43,188 bases of DNA from a virus: the IMG/VR virus record IMGVR_UViG_3300045988_081280, one strand, 5' to 3'. The translations under genes and the position numbers were made by a program. Positions 34,344 through 42,462 of the stretch are shown piece after piece. Under the pieces are notes generated by a model that searched no databases, was not told the DNA's origin, and saw only the letters and a program-made list of their open reading frames with translations. Each line of letters starts with the position of its first letter. Position 1 is the stretch's first letter.

Positions 34344-34437
34344 CTTCTAAAAAATCTTCTAAATTTCCTCTAAAAATCTTCTAAAAATATTTGCGCGTGA
34401 TTAGAATTTCATCTAAATTTGCACTCAGTAATTAGAA
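34344..34437. promoter_or_regulatory. Immunity-region operator and promoter cluster
   Basis: Five C(T/A)TCTAAA repeats at 34344, 34356, 34368, 34378 and 34410. A TAAATTTG box at 34414..34421 is flanked by ATTAGAA direct repeats at 34400 and 34431. Confidence 0.6.
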
Positions 34438-34502
34438 CGGTTACAAAGATAATTAAAAAAGTTACACCAACGGCAGCAAGGCCATAGCAAAAACTACTTA
34501 CG

Positions 34503-34727
34503 ATGAACTACGACAGCAAATACATAAACCGGAACTACAGAATAAAGGTTTACGGCGTATTAGAGGACGGCAGCAGGATAAACAAGCTTTTAGGAGTAAG
34601 CGGAACGGTTGAGCTTATAGGCGTTACGCTTTTCAACAAGTTCCTGGACAGGGCCGAAAGAGCTATGGCCGACAGTTGCACCTGCAAGCTCCGCAGAGGC
34701 ATAAGAATAACCCTTTACGCAAAATAA
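34503..34727 (+). CDS. Hypothetical early protein
   Basis: First ORF of the rightward early operon. Confidence 0.5.
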   Translation: MNYDSKYINRNYRIKVYGVLEDGSRINKLLGVSGTVELIGVTLFNKFLDRAERAMADSCTCKLRRGIRITLYAK

Positions 34728-34741
34728 CAGGAGGACAGACA

Positions 34742-34942
34742 ATGAAAGCAGTAAGAATCAACACCGACAGAGAGCAGAGCCTGGCAAACGCGCTTGTAGC
34801 GTTAAAAGTACGTTTCATTTACGAATACGGCACCTATTACCTGCTCGGAACCGACAACGAGGACAAGATCAGAAATTTCCTTGAGTCCCACAGCGTAAGG
34901 ACAGAGGGGATGACCTTCAAAGGCGTAGAATACGAATTTTAA
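34742..34942 (+). CDS. Hypothetical early protein
   Basis: The ATG at 34742 is preceded by TAACAGGAGG. The longer ORF overlaps the previous gene. Confidence 0.5.
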   Translation: MKAVRINTDREQSLANALVALKVRFIYEYGTYYLLGTDNEDKIRNFLESHSVRTEGMTFKGVEYEF

Positions 34943-34954
34943 TAACAGAATACT

Positions 34955-35185
34955 ATGAGTTTAAGAAGCCCAAAGGCCAGATATTGCGCCAGTATACACC
35001 TCGACAAAGCAAGGGGAAATATAGGCGGAGACATTTACACCAGCAACAATATAGACGAATTGAAACGCTGGTGCGCGCAGTTCGCCAGGAAGGACGCCGC
35101 ACACGTTGAGATCAAGGAAAACCTGAAGAAATACCCGGAATTTGAATGGGTACCTGTTGAGAGTTACGACATAAACAAGAAATAG
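34955..35185 (+). CDS. Hypothetical early protein
   Basis: 76-aa ORF tightly packed with its neighbours. Confidence 0.5.
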   Translation: MSLRSPKARYCASIHLDKARGNIGGDIYTSNNIDELKRWCAQFARKDAAHVEIKENLKKYPEFEWVPVESYDINKK

Positions 35186-35187
35186 AT

Positions 35188-35601
35188 ATGGAAAGCTACA
35201 AGACACGCAGCGCGGCGGAGCTTATAGAGGAGCTTCAGGACAAATGCCGCGAGACCATAAAGGCGGCACAGGCCGCAGCCGACAAATACACGAGAGGATG
35301 GGTGCTGGTCGGCTTCAGGACCAGCAGCCTCTCCGGCCTTCAGCATAAGTATGTATTAGGAGGCGACCGCCAGGGACTAAACCTAACGCAGCTATACGTT
35401 TACGGCTACCTTCATCCCCGGATCTTCATAACGGCGGCAACGGCCTGGGAGCAGGTGGACGGGTTCAGCTTCCGGAACGGGGACGGCCCGCTCGAAATGG
35501 CCGCTATACCCGCAGGCACCTACTTCGCGGACGTAGCGAGGGAGAAAACGGAATTACTTGAGACTTTGGGCGGAGCCCTTCAAACAACGGCAGGATGTTA
35601 A
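35188..35601 (+). CDS. Hypothetical early protein
   Basis: 137-aa ORF. Confidence 0.55.
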   Translation: MESYKTRSAAELIEELQDKCRETIKAAQAAADKYTRGWVLVGFRTSSLSGLQHKYVLGGDRQGLNLTQLYVYGYLHPRIFITAATAWEQVDGFSFRNGDGPLEMAAIPAGTYFADVAREKTELLETLGGALQTTAGC

Positions 35602-35705
35602 GCAGGACAGAACGACAGATCGTGGAATTTTTCAGGAACCACGAAGGCCCCATTACAATATCGGCAACCGGGGGGGTAAGGGTTGCGACCTTACAATCAA
35701 GGTAA
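35595..35705 (+). CDS. Possible very small ORF (36 aa); ORF 35558..35806 is an alternative
   Basis: ATGTTAA overlap with the previous stop. The product is MLSRTERQIVEFFRNHEG.... The coding frame in 35600..35780 is unresolved. Confidence 0.25.
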   Translation: MLSRTERQIVEFFRNHEGPITISATGGVRVATLQSR

Positions 35706-35783
35706 CAGGCAAACGAATAGCGCACGACATAGCGCTGGTCCTTCAGGACCATTTGAACAGATTAACCAGAAAAAAGGATAACG

Positions 35784-35999
35784 ATGATGTACAACGAAGG
35801 TTTTAACAAAGGCTATTTACAGCTTCCGGTCGGGAAGGTAAAAGAAGCAACGGCGGCCCTTTGGAGGGCGCTGGGAATCAACAACCGCAACAGCTTCCAC
35901 AACTACAAATGCGGGAAGATTGAGCCATCGGCCAACCAGGCGGTCGCGGTTGAACTTGTTTTCCGCGAATACGGAATTACGGAGATTTGGGGGAAATAG
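35784..35999 (+). CDS. Hypothetical early protein
   Basis: 71-aa ORF. Confidence 0.5.
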   Translation: MMYNEGFNKGYLQLPVGKVKEATAALWRALGINNRNSFHNYKCGKIEPSANQAVAVELVFREYGITEIWGK

Positions 36000-36001
36000 T
36001 T

Positions 36002-36391
36002 ATGGATCTGCAGTCACAACTCACACCCAGGGAGACGCAGGTGGCCGAATACCTTGCCTGGGGCGCGGCAAAGAAGGAGGTAGCGGACAAGCTACGGATT
36101 TCGACGCGGACGGTAGAGAACCAGGCCCGGAGCATTTACGCGAAAATAGGCATACAGAAGGCTACGGAACTGACCGTCTGGTGGTTTTGCACAAAGCTGG
36201 GCGTTTCCTTCGACCTTAACCCGCTCAAGCGCGGAGTAATAAGCGCCCTTCTGCTTCTGGTCTTCCTTCCTTCAGTATTCCAGGAACAGCAGCCGCAGGC
36301 GGTAAGAGCGCAGCGCACGGAGACGATCAGAACAGCCAGAGGAAGGAACGGAGGACGCAGGGAGGACAACGGCGAAACAATAGAATTTTAA
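36002..36391 (+). CDS. LuxR/GerE-type HTH transcription regulator with a hydrophobic C-terminal segment
   Basis: LTPRETQVAEYLAWGAAKKEVADKLRISTRTVENQARSIYAKIG matches the LuxR-type HTH pattern. VISALLLLVFLPSVF is a hydrophobic helix. Confidence 0.75.
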   Translation: MDLQSQLTPRETQVAEYLAWGAAKKEVADKLRISTRTVENQARSIYAKIGIQKATELTVWWFCTKLGVSFDLNPLKRGVISALLLLVFLPSVFQEQQPQAVRAQRTETIRTARGRNGGRREDNGETIEF

Positions 36392-36405
36392 CAGGAGGAA
36401 CAGCA

Positions 36406-36663
36406 ATGAAAACGAACAACAAGAAAATAACGGCCCGCAGGGTTATAAACTTCATTCTTGAGTTATACGTGGGCTTGAGCTTCTGGGGGATGTTTTTGGC
36501 GGGAGCAGAGAGAGAGGACGGAAGTATCAGCCTATTATGGGCCTTAGGTTGGATTGCAAACGCATTTTTTGCGCTTTACGTAGTAGCGCCCAGGCTTGAC
36601 ACCGGAAAGGAACAGCAGGGGCAGGAACAGCCCGGAAACACCAAACAGGAGGACGTAAAATGA
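36406..36663 (+). CDS. Small membrane protein (two predicted TM helices)
   Basis: Hydrophobic segments VINFILELYVGLSFWGMFLAG and LLWALGWIANAFFALYVV. Confidence 0.5.
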   Translation: MKTNNKKITARRVINFILELYVGLSFWGMFLAGAEREDGSISLLWALGWIANAFFALYVVAPRLDTGKEQQGQEQPGNTKQEDVK

Positions 36664-36962
36664 TATCGGCAGAGACAAGGGTGGGCGACTTGAGCCTCGG
36701 AGAGCTTCTGAACGCCTTGCGCGGAGTAACGACCCAGGAGCCGGAGCCGCAACCGGCACCGCAGCCCAGGAAGGCGATGGAGTACGGAATCGGCGGAATT
36801 ATGCGGATTTTCAACTGTTCCAGGACACAGGCCAACAGGATAAAGCAAAGCGGGATTATAGACGGAGCGATAAGGCAGGTGGGGCGCTTGATTGTCACGG
36901 ATCCGGAGAAAGCCCTGGAGCTTTGGGGCGCGGTAAAGAAGAAACCAAAATATAAATACTAA
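36660..36962 (+). CDS. DUF3853-like HTH DNA-binding protein
   Basis: YGIGGIMRIFNCSRTQANRIKQSGIIDGAIRQVGRLIVTDPEKALEL fits the Bacteroidales DUF3853 pattern. Confidence 0.6.
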   Translation: MISAETRVGDLSLGELLNALRGVTTQEPEPQPAPQPRKAMEYGIGGIMRIFNCSRTQANRIKQSGIIDGAIRQVGRLIVTDPEKALELWGAVKKKPKYKY

Positions 36963-36973
36963 CACATACAAAA

Positions 36974-39070
36974 ATGAAGAAAGTAGTAAAACTCATTTCC
37001 TTACACCTTGAGAACTTCAAAGGGGCAAAGGACACGCTGGTGAACTTCGGGGAAGTTACCAGAATTTCGGGAGCCAACGGCACCGGCAAAAGCACCATTT
37101 TCGACGCCTTCACGTGGGTGCTCTTTGGCAAGAACGCGGAGGATCGCACGGACAGCGGAAAGGGCGGCTTCCAGCTCAAGACCGTAGATGGCAGCGGCGA
37201 GAGTTTGCACAACCTTGAGCACAGAGTAACGGCGGTGCTTGAGGTAAACGGCCAGCGCTTCGAGTTTTCGAAGCTTCTGAAGGAGCAATGGGTGAAGAAG
37301 CGCGGCACGGCGGAAATAGTATTTTCCGGGCACGCTACGCAGTATTTCATCGACGGCCTGGAAGTAAAGGCCAGCCGCTACGAGGAGCAGATCAGCGGGA
37401 TAATAAACGCCCAGCTTTTCAAGCTCATTACAAACCCTACCTATTTCCCGGCTTTGGATTGGAAGAAGCAGCGCGACATCCTCACGACGATAGCCGGAAG
37501 CGTAACGCTTGAGATGGTGGCAGCGGGTAACGCGGATTTTGAAGCCATCCTCCGGGAGCTTTCCGGAAAGAGCTTGCAGGAGTTCAGGGAGGCGAAGGCC
37601 TACGACAAGAAAACGGCGAAGCAGGAGCTGGACGACATCCCGGTGAGGATTGCCAGCATAGAGGACGCGACACCGGCACCGCACGAAGGCAACGCCGCAG
37701 AGCTTGAGGCACAGAAGGTGGCAGCCCAGGCGCAGCTGCCGGAGCTTGACGCGCAGCTGACAGACATAGCGGAGGCGACGCGCCAGAGATACGCCAAAGC
37801 GCGCGACCTTGAACAGCAGATCGGAGAACTTCAGCTGCAGCGCGAGCACATTATAAACGACGCGAGACAGCAGGAACAGGCGCGGTGCTTCGAGGCCAAC
37901 GCCCGACGCAGGGAGATGGAGGCGGAAATAAAGAGGCTAAGCGCGGAGATTGCCGGAAATATGGACAGAGCCACCAGGGAGCAGCAGGACGCAGTCAGCC
38001 GCCGCTCGGCCATTGAGCATCAGGTCGCACAGCTTGAGGAAAGAGTCAAGGACTTGCGGGCACAGTTTTACAGGAAGAAGGGCGAGACCTACACCAGCAA
38101 GGAAAACGAAGCCTTTGTCTGCCCGGTATTCGGCCACCTTTGCGGGGACGCAGCGGCCATAAGGACCAGGGAGGACCAGGCACAGAGGGCAGAAGAAGTA
38201 TGGTACCAGAAACAGCGCGAAGCTATTATGGCCATTCAGGAGGAGGGAAAGCAGCTGAACGAAGAAATAGCCCGGAAACAGCAGGAAATAGCCCAACTTC
38301 AGGAGGAGGCCGACTCAGCCTATTGGAAAGGCGTAAACGCGGGCCGCGAAACGCAGCAGCGCATCAACGAACTGAAAGCCCAGCTTGAGGGACAGAAGGA
38401 GGAAACGCCGAAGGCGATAGTAGGGACGGACATCAAGGAATGGCGCGAGCTTTCCAACAAGATAGACCACCTTACTATGGACCTTAACTCCTTCCGGAGC
38501 GATGCGGAGAACCCAGACGGCAACGGCCAGACGGAGGAGAGCCGCAAGGCGCAGATCTTCGAGCGCAAGGCAGCCATAAACGCCGAAATAGCGGCCATAA
38601 GCAAGACCCTCGGAGAGATAGAGGCAACGGAGAGGGTAAGGGCGAAGAACGCCGCCCAGATAGCGCAGCTGCGCGCAAGGGAGAGGGAGCTGGCCCAGAG
38701 GATTGCGGAGATAGAGAAGCGCGAAATGTTGGCGGACAGCTTGCAGCACGCCCAGATGGACGAAATAGAACGCAGGGTAAACGGGATGTTCAAAATGGTA
38801 CGCTTCAGGATGTACGAAAAGCAGATTAACGGCGGCGAAACCGACACCTGCCTGGCTATGATTAACGGCGTACCTTTCGCGGACGCCAACAAGGCCGGAA
38901 AGATAAACGGAGGGCTTGACATCATAAACACCCTCTGCCGCTTCCACGGCATTACGGCGCCTATCTTCATAGACAACGCCGAAAGCGTTAACGATTTTAT
39001 CCCTACCGAAAGCCAGATTATAAAGCTTGAAGTAACCAGGGAACCACAGCTAACAATTACCGAAGAATAA
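36974..39070 (+). CDS. SMC/SbcC/Rad50-like AAA ATPase
   Basis: The N-terminus LENFKGAKD...ISGANGTGKSTIFDAF carries a Walker A motif. A long central coiled coil follows, and IFIDNAESV near the C-terminus is Walker B-like. Confidence 0.85.
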   Translation: MKKVVKLISLHLENFKGAKDTLVNFGEVTRISGANGTGKSTIFDAFTWVLFGKNAEDRTDSGKGGFQLKTVDGSGESLHNLEHRVTAVLEVNGQRFEFSKLLKEQWVKKRGTAEIVFSGHATQYFIDGLEVKASRYEEQISGIINAQLFKLITNPTYFPALDWKKQRDILTTIAGSVTLEMVAAGNADFEAILRELSGKSLQEFREAKAYDKKTAKQELDDIPVRIASIEDATPAPHEGNAAELEAQKVAAQAQLPELDAQLTDIAEATRQRYAKARDLEQQIGELQLQREHIINDARQQEQARCFEANARRREMEAEIKRLSAEIAGNMDRATREQQDAVSRRSAIEHQVAQLEERVKDLRAQFYRKKGETYTSKENEAFVCPVFGHLCGDAAAIRTREDQAQRAEEVWYQKQREAIMAIQEEGKQLNEEIARKQQEIAQLQEEADSAYWKGVNAGRETQQRINELKAQLEGQKEETPKAIVGTDIKEWRELSNKIDHLTMDLNSFRSDAENPDGNGQTEESRKAQIFERKAAINAEIAAISKTLGEIEATERVRAKNAAQIAQLRARERELAQRIAEIEKREMLADSLQHAQMDEIERRVNGMFKMVRFRMYEKQINGGETDTCLAMINGVPFADANKAGKINGGLDIINTLCRFHGITAPIFIDNAESVNDFIPTESQIIKLEVTREPQLTITEE

Positions 39071-39117
39071 CAGTATTAACCGGGCCCGGACCTTCCGGGC
39101 CATAACAACCAACAATC

Positions 39118-39837
39118 ATGAATGACAAAAAAGACATTAGGGACAGAGTTAAGACCTACGAGGACGCCTGCATGGTGTTAGGGATTGACACAAAAACGCC
39201 GGAGCTTCCGAACATTCCGGAGAGGGACCGCAGGGGCGTAACAGCCTACTACAAGCTTATCATCATCGCCCGCGCATTGAACGAAGGATGGGCGCCGGAT
39301 TGGAAGAACGAAAGAGAGGGAAAAGCGGTGCCGTACTTCTATTTCGACAGGGAGAACAACACTATTGCCGGCTTTGCGTTTGCGTCCACGTACGGCGCGC
39401 CTTCGATTACGTCTGCGAGCTTCGGCTCCCGGCTTTGCTTCAAAACGGAAGCGCTTGCGGAATACGCGGCCACGCAGTTTGAGGAATTGTGGCGGGATTA
39501 CATTCTGTACCCCAACGACGTAACGGATCCGGAGGAAGAAGAACCATCGGTCGCCGACTTCCTTCTGTTCAGCGAGAACAGCAGGCGGGAGCTTGAGCGC
39601 AAATGCCGCAAGTTCGACGACGCCTGCTATATGACCCTTGCCTGCGCAAAAGGAGAGGACGGAGCCGAAGCGGCTGCAGGATTTGGCGGCAACCCGAAGA
39701 TGATGGGGCGGCTTCTTGCGGAGATATTCAGCCAGCAGGATTTGAGGGAAGTATTTATGGCGATGCTTCACTATATGGACGTTAAGAAGGAGGCAGCCAG
39801 GATGGGCAAGACTACCGTAGAAATTCGCCACGACTAA
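39118..39837 (+). CDS. Second DGR target candidate: small non-structural protein with an internal variable repeat
   Basis: Residues 84-108 (AGFAFASTYGAPSITSASFGSRLCF) are encoded by VR2. VPYFYFD parallels GDYFYTN of the VR1 protein. About 130 further residues follow the VR. Confidence 0.8.
   Translation: MNDKKDIRDRVKTYEDACMVLGIDTKTPELPNIPERDRRGVTAYYKLIIIARALNEGWAPDWKNEREGKAVPYFYFDRENNTIAGFAFASTYGAPSITSASFGSRLCFKTEALAEYAATQFEELWRDYILYPNDVTDPEEEEPSVADFLLFSENSRRELERKCRKFDDACYMTLACAKGEDGAEAAAGFGGNPKMMGRLLAEIFSQQDLREVFMAMLHYMDVKKEAARMGKTTVEIRHD
39366..39441 (+). repeat. DGR variable repeat VR2 (76 nt), matching the 3' part of the TR (28411..28486)
   Basis: The 11 differences before cggctcccgg all fall at TR adenines. 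The 3' end ggctcccggctttgcttc is identical to the VR1 IMH. The reading frame is the same as in VR1. Confidence 0.85.
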
Positions 39838-39906
39838 CAGGATCAGGAAAATAGTAATACCGGCCTTCGGGCCGGTTCAAGAAACAACAACCAAATTTTT
39901 ACAGAT

Positions 39907-40749
39907 ATGGAAAAAGCAACAACAAAGCTCCCGGCAGCGGAGCCACAGAGCGCCGAAAAGGGCGTAACCGTTTATCAGGTAGCAGGGCAGGAAGTAAAAC
40001 TTTCCTACGCCATTGTCAGAAATTTCCTTACCAGGGGCAACGGCAAGGTCTCAGACGCGGAGATCGTACAATTTATTAGCCTTTGCCGCTTTAACCAGCT
40101 TAACCCGTTCCTGGGCGAGGCGTACCTGGTCAAATACAGCGACAGCACCCCGGCGCAGCTTGTATCAAGCAAGGAGAGCTTTATGAAGCGCGCGGAGAGC
40201 AGCAACCACTATCAGGGCTACAGGGCCGGAGTCATTGTCCTGAGGGACAACCAGGCTATAGAGCTTGAAGGGGCCTTCCTTTTGCCTACGGATAAGCTGG
40301 TCGGAGGTTGGGCAGAAGTTTACAGGGATGATCGCAAGTTTCCGATAGTAGCCCGCGTAAGCTTCGCGGAGTACAACAAGGGACAGAGCACCTGGAACGA
40401 AAAGCCGGCAACGATGATCCGCAAAGTAGCGGAGGCGCAGGCCTTCCGCGAGGCGTTCCCGGTTCAGTTGGGCGCGATGTACACGCCGGAGGAAGGGACG
40501 GAGTCCGACGACCAGGGCGCAGGCCTTCTGGCAGCTGCAGCAGTAGAAGAACAGATGGCGGAGAACGGGAACAGGCAGGCGCTGACCTTCGGAGCCCCGG
40601 CAGCCCAGGAGGCGCAGCCGACACAGGCAGGAACACAGGAGGCGCAGCAGGAAGCGGCACCGGCACCGAGACCGGCGACACAGCCCGCAAGGCCTATGGC
40701 TTCGAGGGAGGCCGGCGCTAATATGAACTTCACGGAACCGGGATTTTAA
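39907..40749 (+). CDS. recT: RecT-family single-strand annealing recombinase
   Basis: FISLCRFNQLNPFLGEAYLVKY...WNEKPATMIRKVAEAQAFREAFP fits the RecT family. The C-terminal tail is Ala/Gln-rich. Confidence 0.85.
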   Translation: MEKATTKLPAAEPQSAEKGVTVYQVAGQEVKLSYAIVRNFLTRGNGKVSDAEIVQFISLCRFNQLNPFLGEAYLVKYSDSTPAQLVSSKESFMKRAESSNHYQGYRAGVIVLRDNQAIELEGAFLLPTDKLVGGWAEVYRDDRKFPIVARVSFAEYNKGQSTWNEKPATMIRKVAEAQAFREAFPVQLGAMYTPEEGTESDDQGAGLLAAAAVEEQMAENGNRQALTFGAPAAQEAQPTQAGTQEAQQEAAPAPRPATQPARPMASREAGANMNFTEPGF

Positions 40750-40758
40750 CAGGAGGCT

Positions 40759-41520
40759 ATGAAGCTTACGGTCATAGGAAGCAGCAGCGCCGGAAACGGC
40801 TACATCCTTGACGCGGGGGACGAAGCCCTGGTCCTTGAGGCCGGGGTCCCCTTCGCCAGAGTAAAGGAGGCGCTGAACTTCAATATAACCAAAATAGCGG
40901 CGTGCCTTATAACGCACGAGCACAAGGACCACAGCGGCCACATAGAGGAAGCGATGGCCAGCGCAGTCCCCTGCTATTGCAGCGCGGGCACGGCGGACGC
41001 AATACGCTACAAGGGGAGGCGCAGACCGGGCATCCTGAAGGCGGCCACTATCTACCGCTTCGGCGGCTTCCTTGTGCAGCCTTTCGAGGCGGTACACGAC
41101 GCAGCGGAGCCCTTCGGCTACTACATACACCATCCCCAGATGGGAAGCGAGGGGCAAAGCCTTCTTTTCGCCACGGATACGGCCTATCTAAAGCACCGCT
41201 TCAGCGGATTGCAGACGGTGCTCATAGAAGCGAATTACAGCCTTGAGTATTTGCAGGAGGGAACCCAGACGGGACGCATACCGAAGCAGGTGCGGGACAG
41301 GATCATAAAGAGCCACATGAGCATCGACCACGCGGTCGAGACATTGAAGAAAAACGACTTAAGCGCCTTGCATACCGTTGTCCTGATACATTTGTCAGCG
41401 GACAACAGCAACGCGGACGAGTTCCGGCAGAGGATGGAGACAGCGCTGCACATTCCGACGGCGGAGGTATTGGTGGCAAGGCCGGGGCTTGAAGTACAGA
41501 TTAACGATTTACCATTTTAA
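40759..41520 (+). CDS. Metallo-beta-lactamase-fold hydrolase (probable nuclease partner of RecT)
   Basis: Contains the HEHKDHSG (HxHxDH) motif and directly follows recT. Confidence 0.8.
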   Translation: MKLTVIGSSSAGNGYILDAGDEALVLEAGVPFARVKEALNFNITKIAACLITHEHKDHSGHIEEAMASAVPCYCSAGTADAIRYKGRRRPGILKAATIYRFGGFLVQPFEAVHDAAEPFGYYIHHPQMGSEGQSLLFATDTAYLKHRFSGLQTVLIEANYSLEYLQEGTQTGRIPKQVRDRIIKSHMSIDHAVETLKKNDLSALHTVVLIHLSADNSNADEFRQRMETALHIPTAEVLVARPGLEVQINDLPF

Positions 41521-41529
41521 CAAAGCATT

Positions 41530-42369
41530 ATGCAAAGCAGAAAATACGAGGTAGTAAGAACTACCGCAGACACAGACGAGATGCTGGGGCAGTACAGCGC
41601 CAGGAACATAGTCCACACCTGGAAGGAGGACTTTTTGGACGACAGCACAGGCGAAGTAATAGGCGTGGACCGGACTCAGATCCTTTTTAAGAAAGGTACC
41701 CTTTTGGACGCGGAAACGATATCTTCGCTTAATTTCTACATTCAGTCCGGGTGGGTTGATACGGTAACGATAACCAACCAGAAGCGCATGGCCACCTATT
41801 CAGAGGTAAAGACCCCTCGCCCGTTCAAGATTACGGCGCGGATAGGAACACAAAACAAGCACTTCATCCTGATGGCCACAGGCATAAGGGAGGCTATGGA
41901 CGCCGTTACGGATTGGATAGAACAGAAGTTCGCCGAAAACTTCTGTATAACGGGAGCGAAGGAGCTGCAGCGCTTTATAATTCTTACGGACAACTTGAGG
42001 AAGGCGGAGACGTTGGAGTCCGAGGAGGCAAAGGCAAAGGACGACGAAGAACGCTCAAAAGCCCGTTATTACAAGATTGAGAGCCGGGTGGATTGGATAG
42101 ACGCAGGAGGGGAAAAGACGAACTCAGAGCTTTACGACTTTATGATCCAGACGAAGGACGTAGATACGGCGAAGGTAGTAATTACGAGCTGGATCAACGC
42201 GCAGCTGAGGAAATTGAGGATGAAGGCGGAGGAAGAAGGAGAGGAACCGGGAGCGACCAGCGCGGAAGTAAGTATTACGAGCGCTTCGCCTTTCAACGTA
42301 GAAGGCATTTTAGACCGCGATTTCTGCCACGACTATTATGCCATTGACAGCATAAGCGTAGAGGCATAG
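41530..42369 (+). CDS. Hypothetical protein with an apparent internal domain duplication
   Basis: The segments KHFILMATGIREAMDAVTDWIEQK and YDFMIQTKDVDTAKVVITSWINAQ share an F-hydrophobic...T-x-WI pattern. Confidence 0.6.
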   Translation: MQSRKYEVVRTTADTDEMLGQYSARNIVHTWKEDFLDDSTGEVIGVDRTQILFKKGTLLDAETISSLNFYIQSGWVDTVTITNQKRMATYSEVKTPRPFKITARIGTQNKHFILMATGIREAMDAVTDWIEQKFAENFCITGAKELQRFIILTDNLRKAETLESEEAKAKDDEERSKARYYKIESRVDWIDAGGEKTNSELYDFMIQTKDVDTAKVVITSWINAQLRKLRMKAEEEGEEPGATSAEVSITSASPFNVEGILDRDFCHDYYAIDSISVEA

Positions 42370-42462
42370 AAAAGGCCGCTACGGCCAAATTAGGCACCAT
42401 TCCGGAGGGTTGCGGCCCCCGCTTCCTTCCGGGTGGTAAACAAACAAGAAAAGTAAGAAATT

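Noticed and set aside
35558-35806. 82-aa ORF as a confident gene
   Set aside because: Its N-terminal half is Arg-rich and overlaps the end of the previous gene. An alternative 36-aa ORF with a coupled start exists. The coding frame here is left unresolved.
40165-41157. Long antisense ORFs: 40165..41157 (330 aa), 37001..37849 (282 aa), 10097..10882 (261 aa), 27999..28715 (238 aa), 23275..23943 (222 aa), 38315..38976 and others
   Set aside because: They lie fully opposite well-supported genes, are Arg/Leu/Pro-rich with no motifs, and the 27999..28715 ORF runs across the non-coding TR. These are shadow ORFs of a moderately GC-rich genome.
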